From: an uncultured virus (IMG/VR IMGVR_UViG_3300023178_004374)
Lineage: Duplodnaviria > Heunggongvirae > Uroviricota > Caudoviricetes
Virus record (IMG/VR): IMGVR_UViG_3300023178_004374
Direction: 5' to 3' (one strand)
Length of the DNA: 64,000 nt
The position numbers and the translations under genes are program-made. Positions 63,916 through 64,000 of this stretch are shown piece by piece. Numbering within the stretch: the stretch's first letter is position 1; each line of letters begins with the position of its first letter. A model generated the notes under the pieces. That model was not told the origin of the DNA. It did not search any database and worked only from the letters and a program-made list of their open reading frames with translations.

Positions 63916-64000
63916 CTACAACTCTTTCAAAATCATCTAATCTAAGCATACTTTCCGAATCACTGGGTGCGGATTCAGGCATAGGGTGGACTTCGATAAA
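63878..64000 (-). CDS. kdsA: KDO-8-phosphate synthase, C-terminal end (partial)
   Basis: Manual translation FIEVHPMPESAPSDSESML..., the KdsA/DAHP synthase I C-terminal motif; directly upstream of kdsB. Confidence 0.75.
   Translation of the reverse strand, partial: FIEVHPMPESAPSDSESMLRLDDFERVVDEIHRYSYSSEI

Noticed and set aside
1..64000. Alternative genetic code or stop-codon reassignment
   Set aside because: Genes are full length under code 11, all three stop codons are used, and none of the tRNAs is a suppressor.

Overview
AT-rich segment of a T4-like (myovirus) phage genome, almost entirely transcribed on the minus strand. The host is probably a marine alphaproteobacterium, inferred from a circularly permuted alpha-type tmRNA with tag ANDNFAPSGYALAA. 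Core genes: gp41 helicase, UvsX, RNase H, DenV-like glycosylase, class II RNR, ThyX, dCMP deaminase, PhoH, overlapping spanins. It also has three tRNAs (Pro-UGG, Arg-UCU, Leu-UAA) and about 15 copies of a conserved sigma70-type early promoter, five with helically phased IHF boxes. Most notable: (1) a putative cytosine-hypermodification locus at the T4 beta-gt position, with gp42 dCMP hydroxymethylase, an alpha-glucosyltransferase homologue, UDP-Glc dehydrogenase, a UDP-GlcA epimerase-like enzyme and a C5-MTase, next to a KdsA/KdsB/PEPCK block; (2) a very reduced two-piece tmRNA whose intervening segment carries an RBS-led 34-aa hydrophobic ORF, one of three ORFs that end inside a tRNA/tmRNA 5' arm; (3) a cluster of proteins with T4 capsid-targeting-like N-termini, including a KxDG ligase-like enzyme, a HIGH nucleotidyltransferase and a PD-(D/E)xK nuclease; (4) large glycan-building and tailoring clusters. 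All protein calls come from motif recognition by eye, not database searches.
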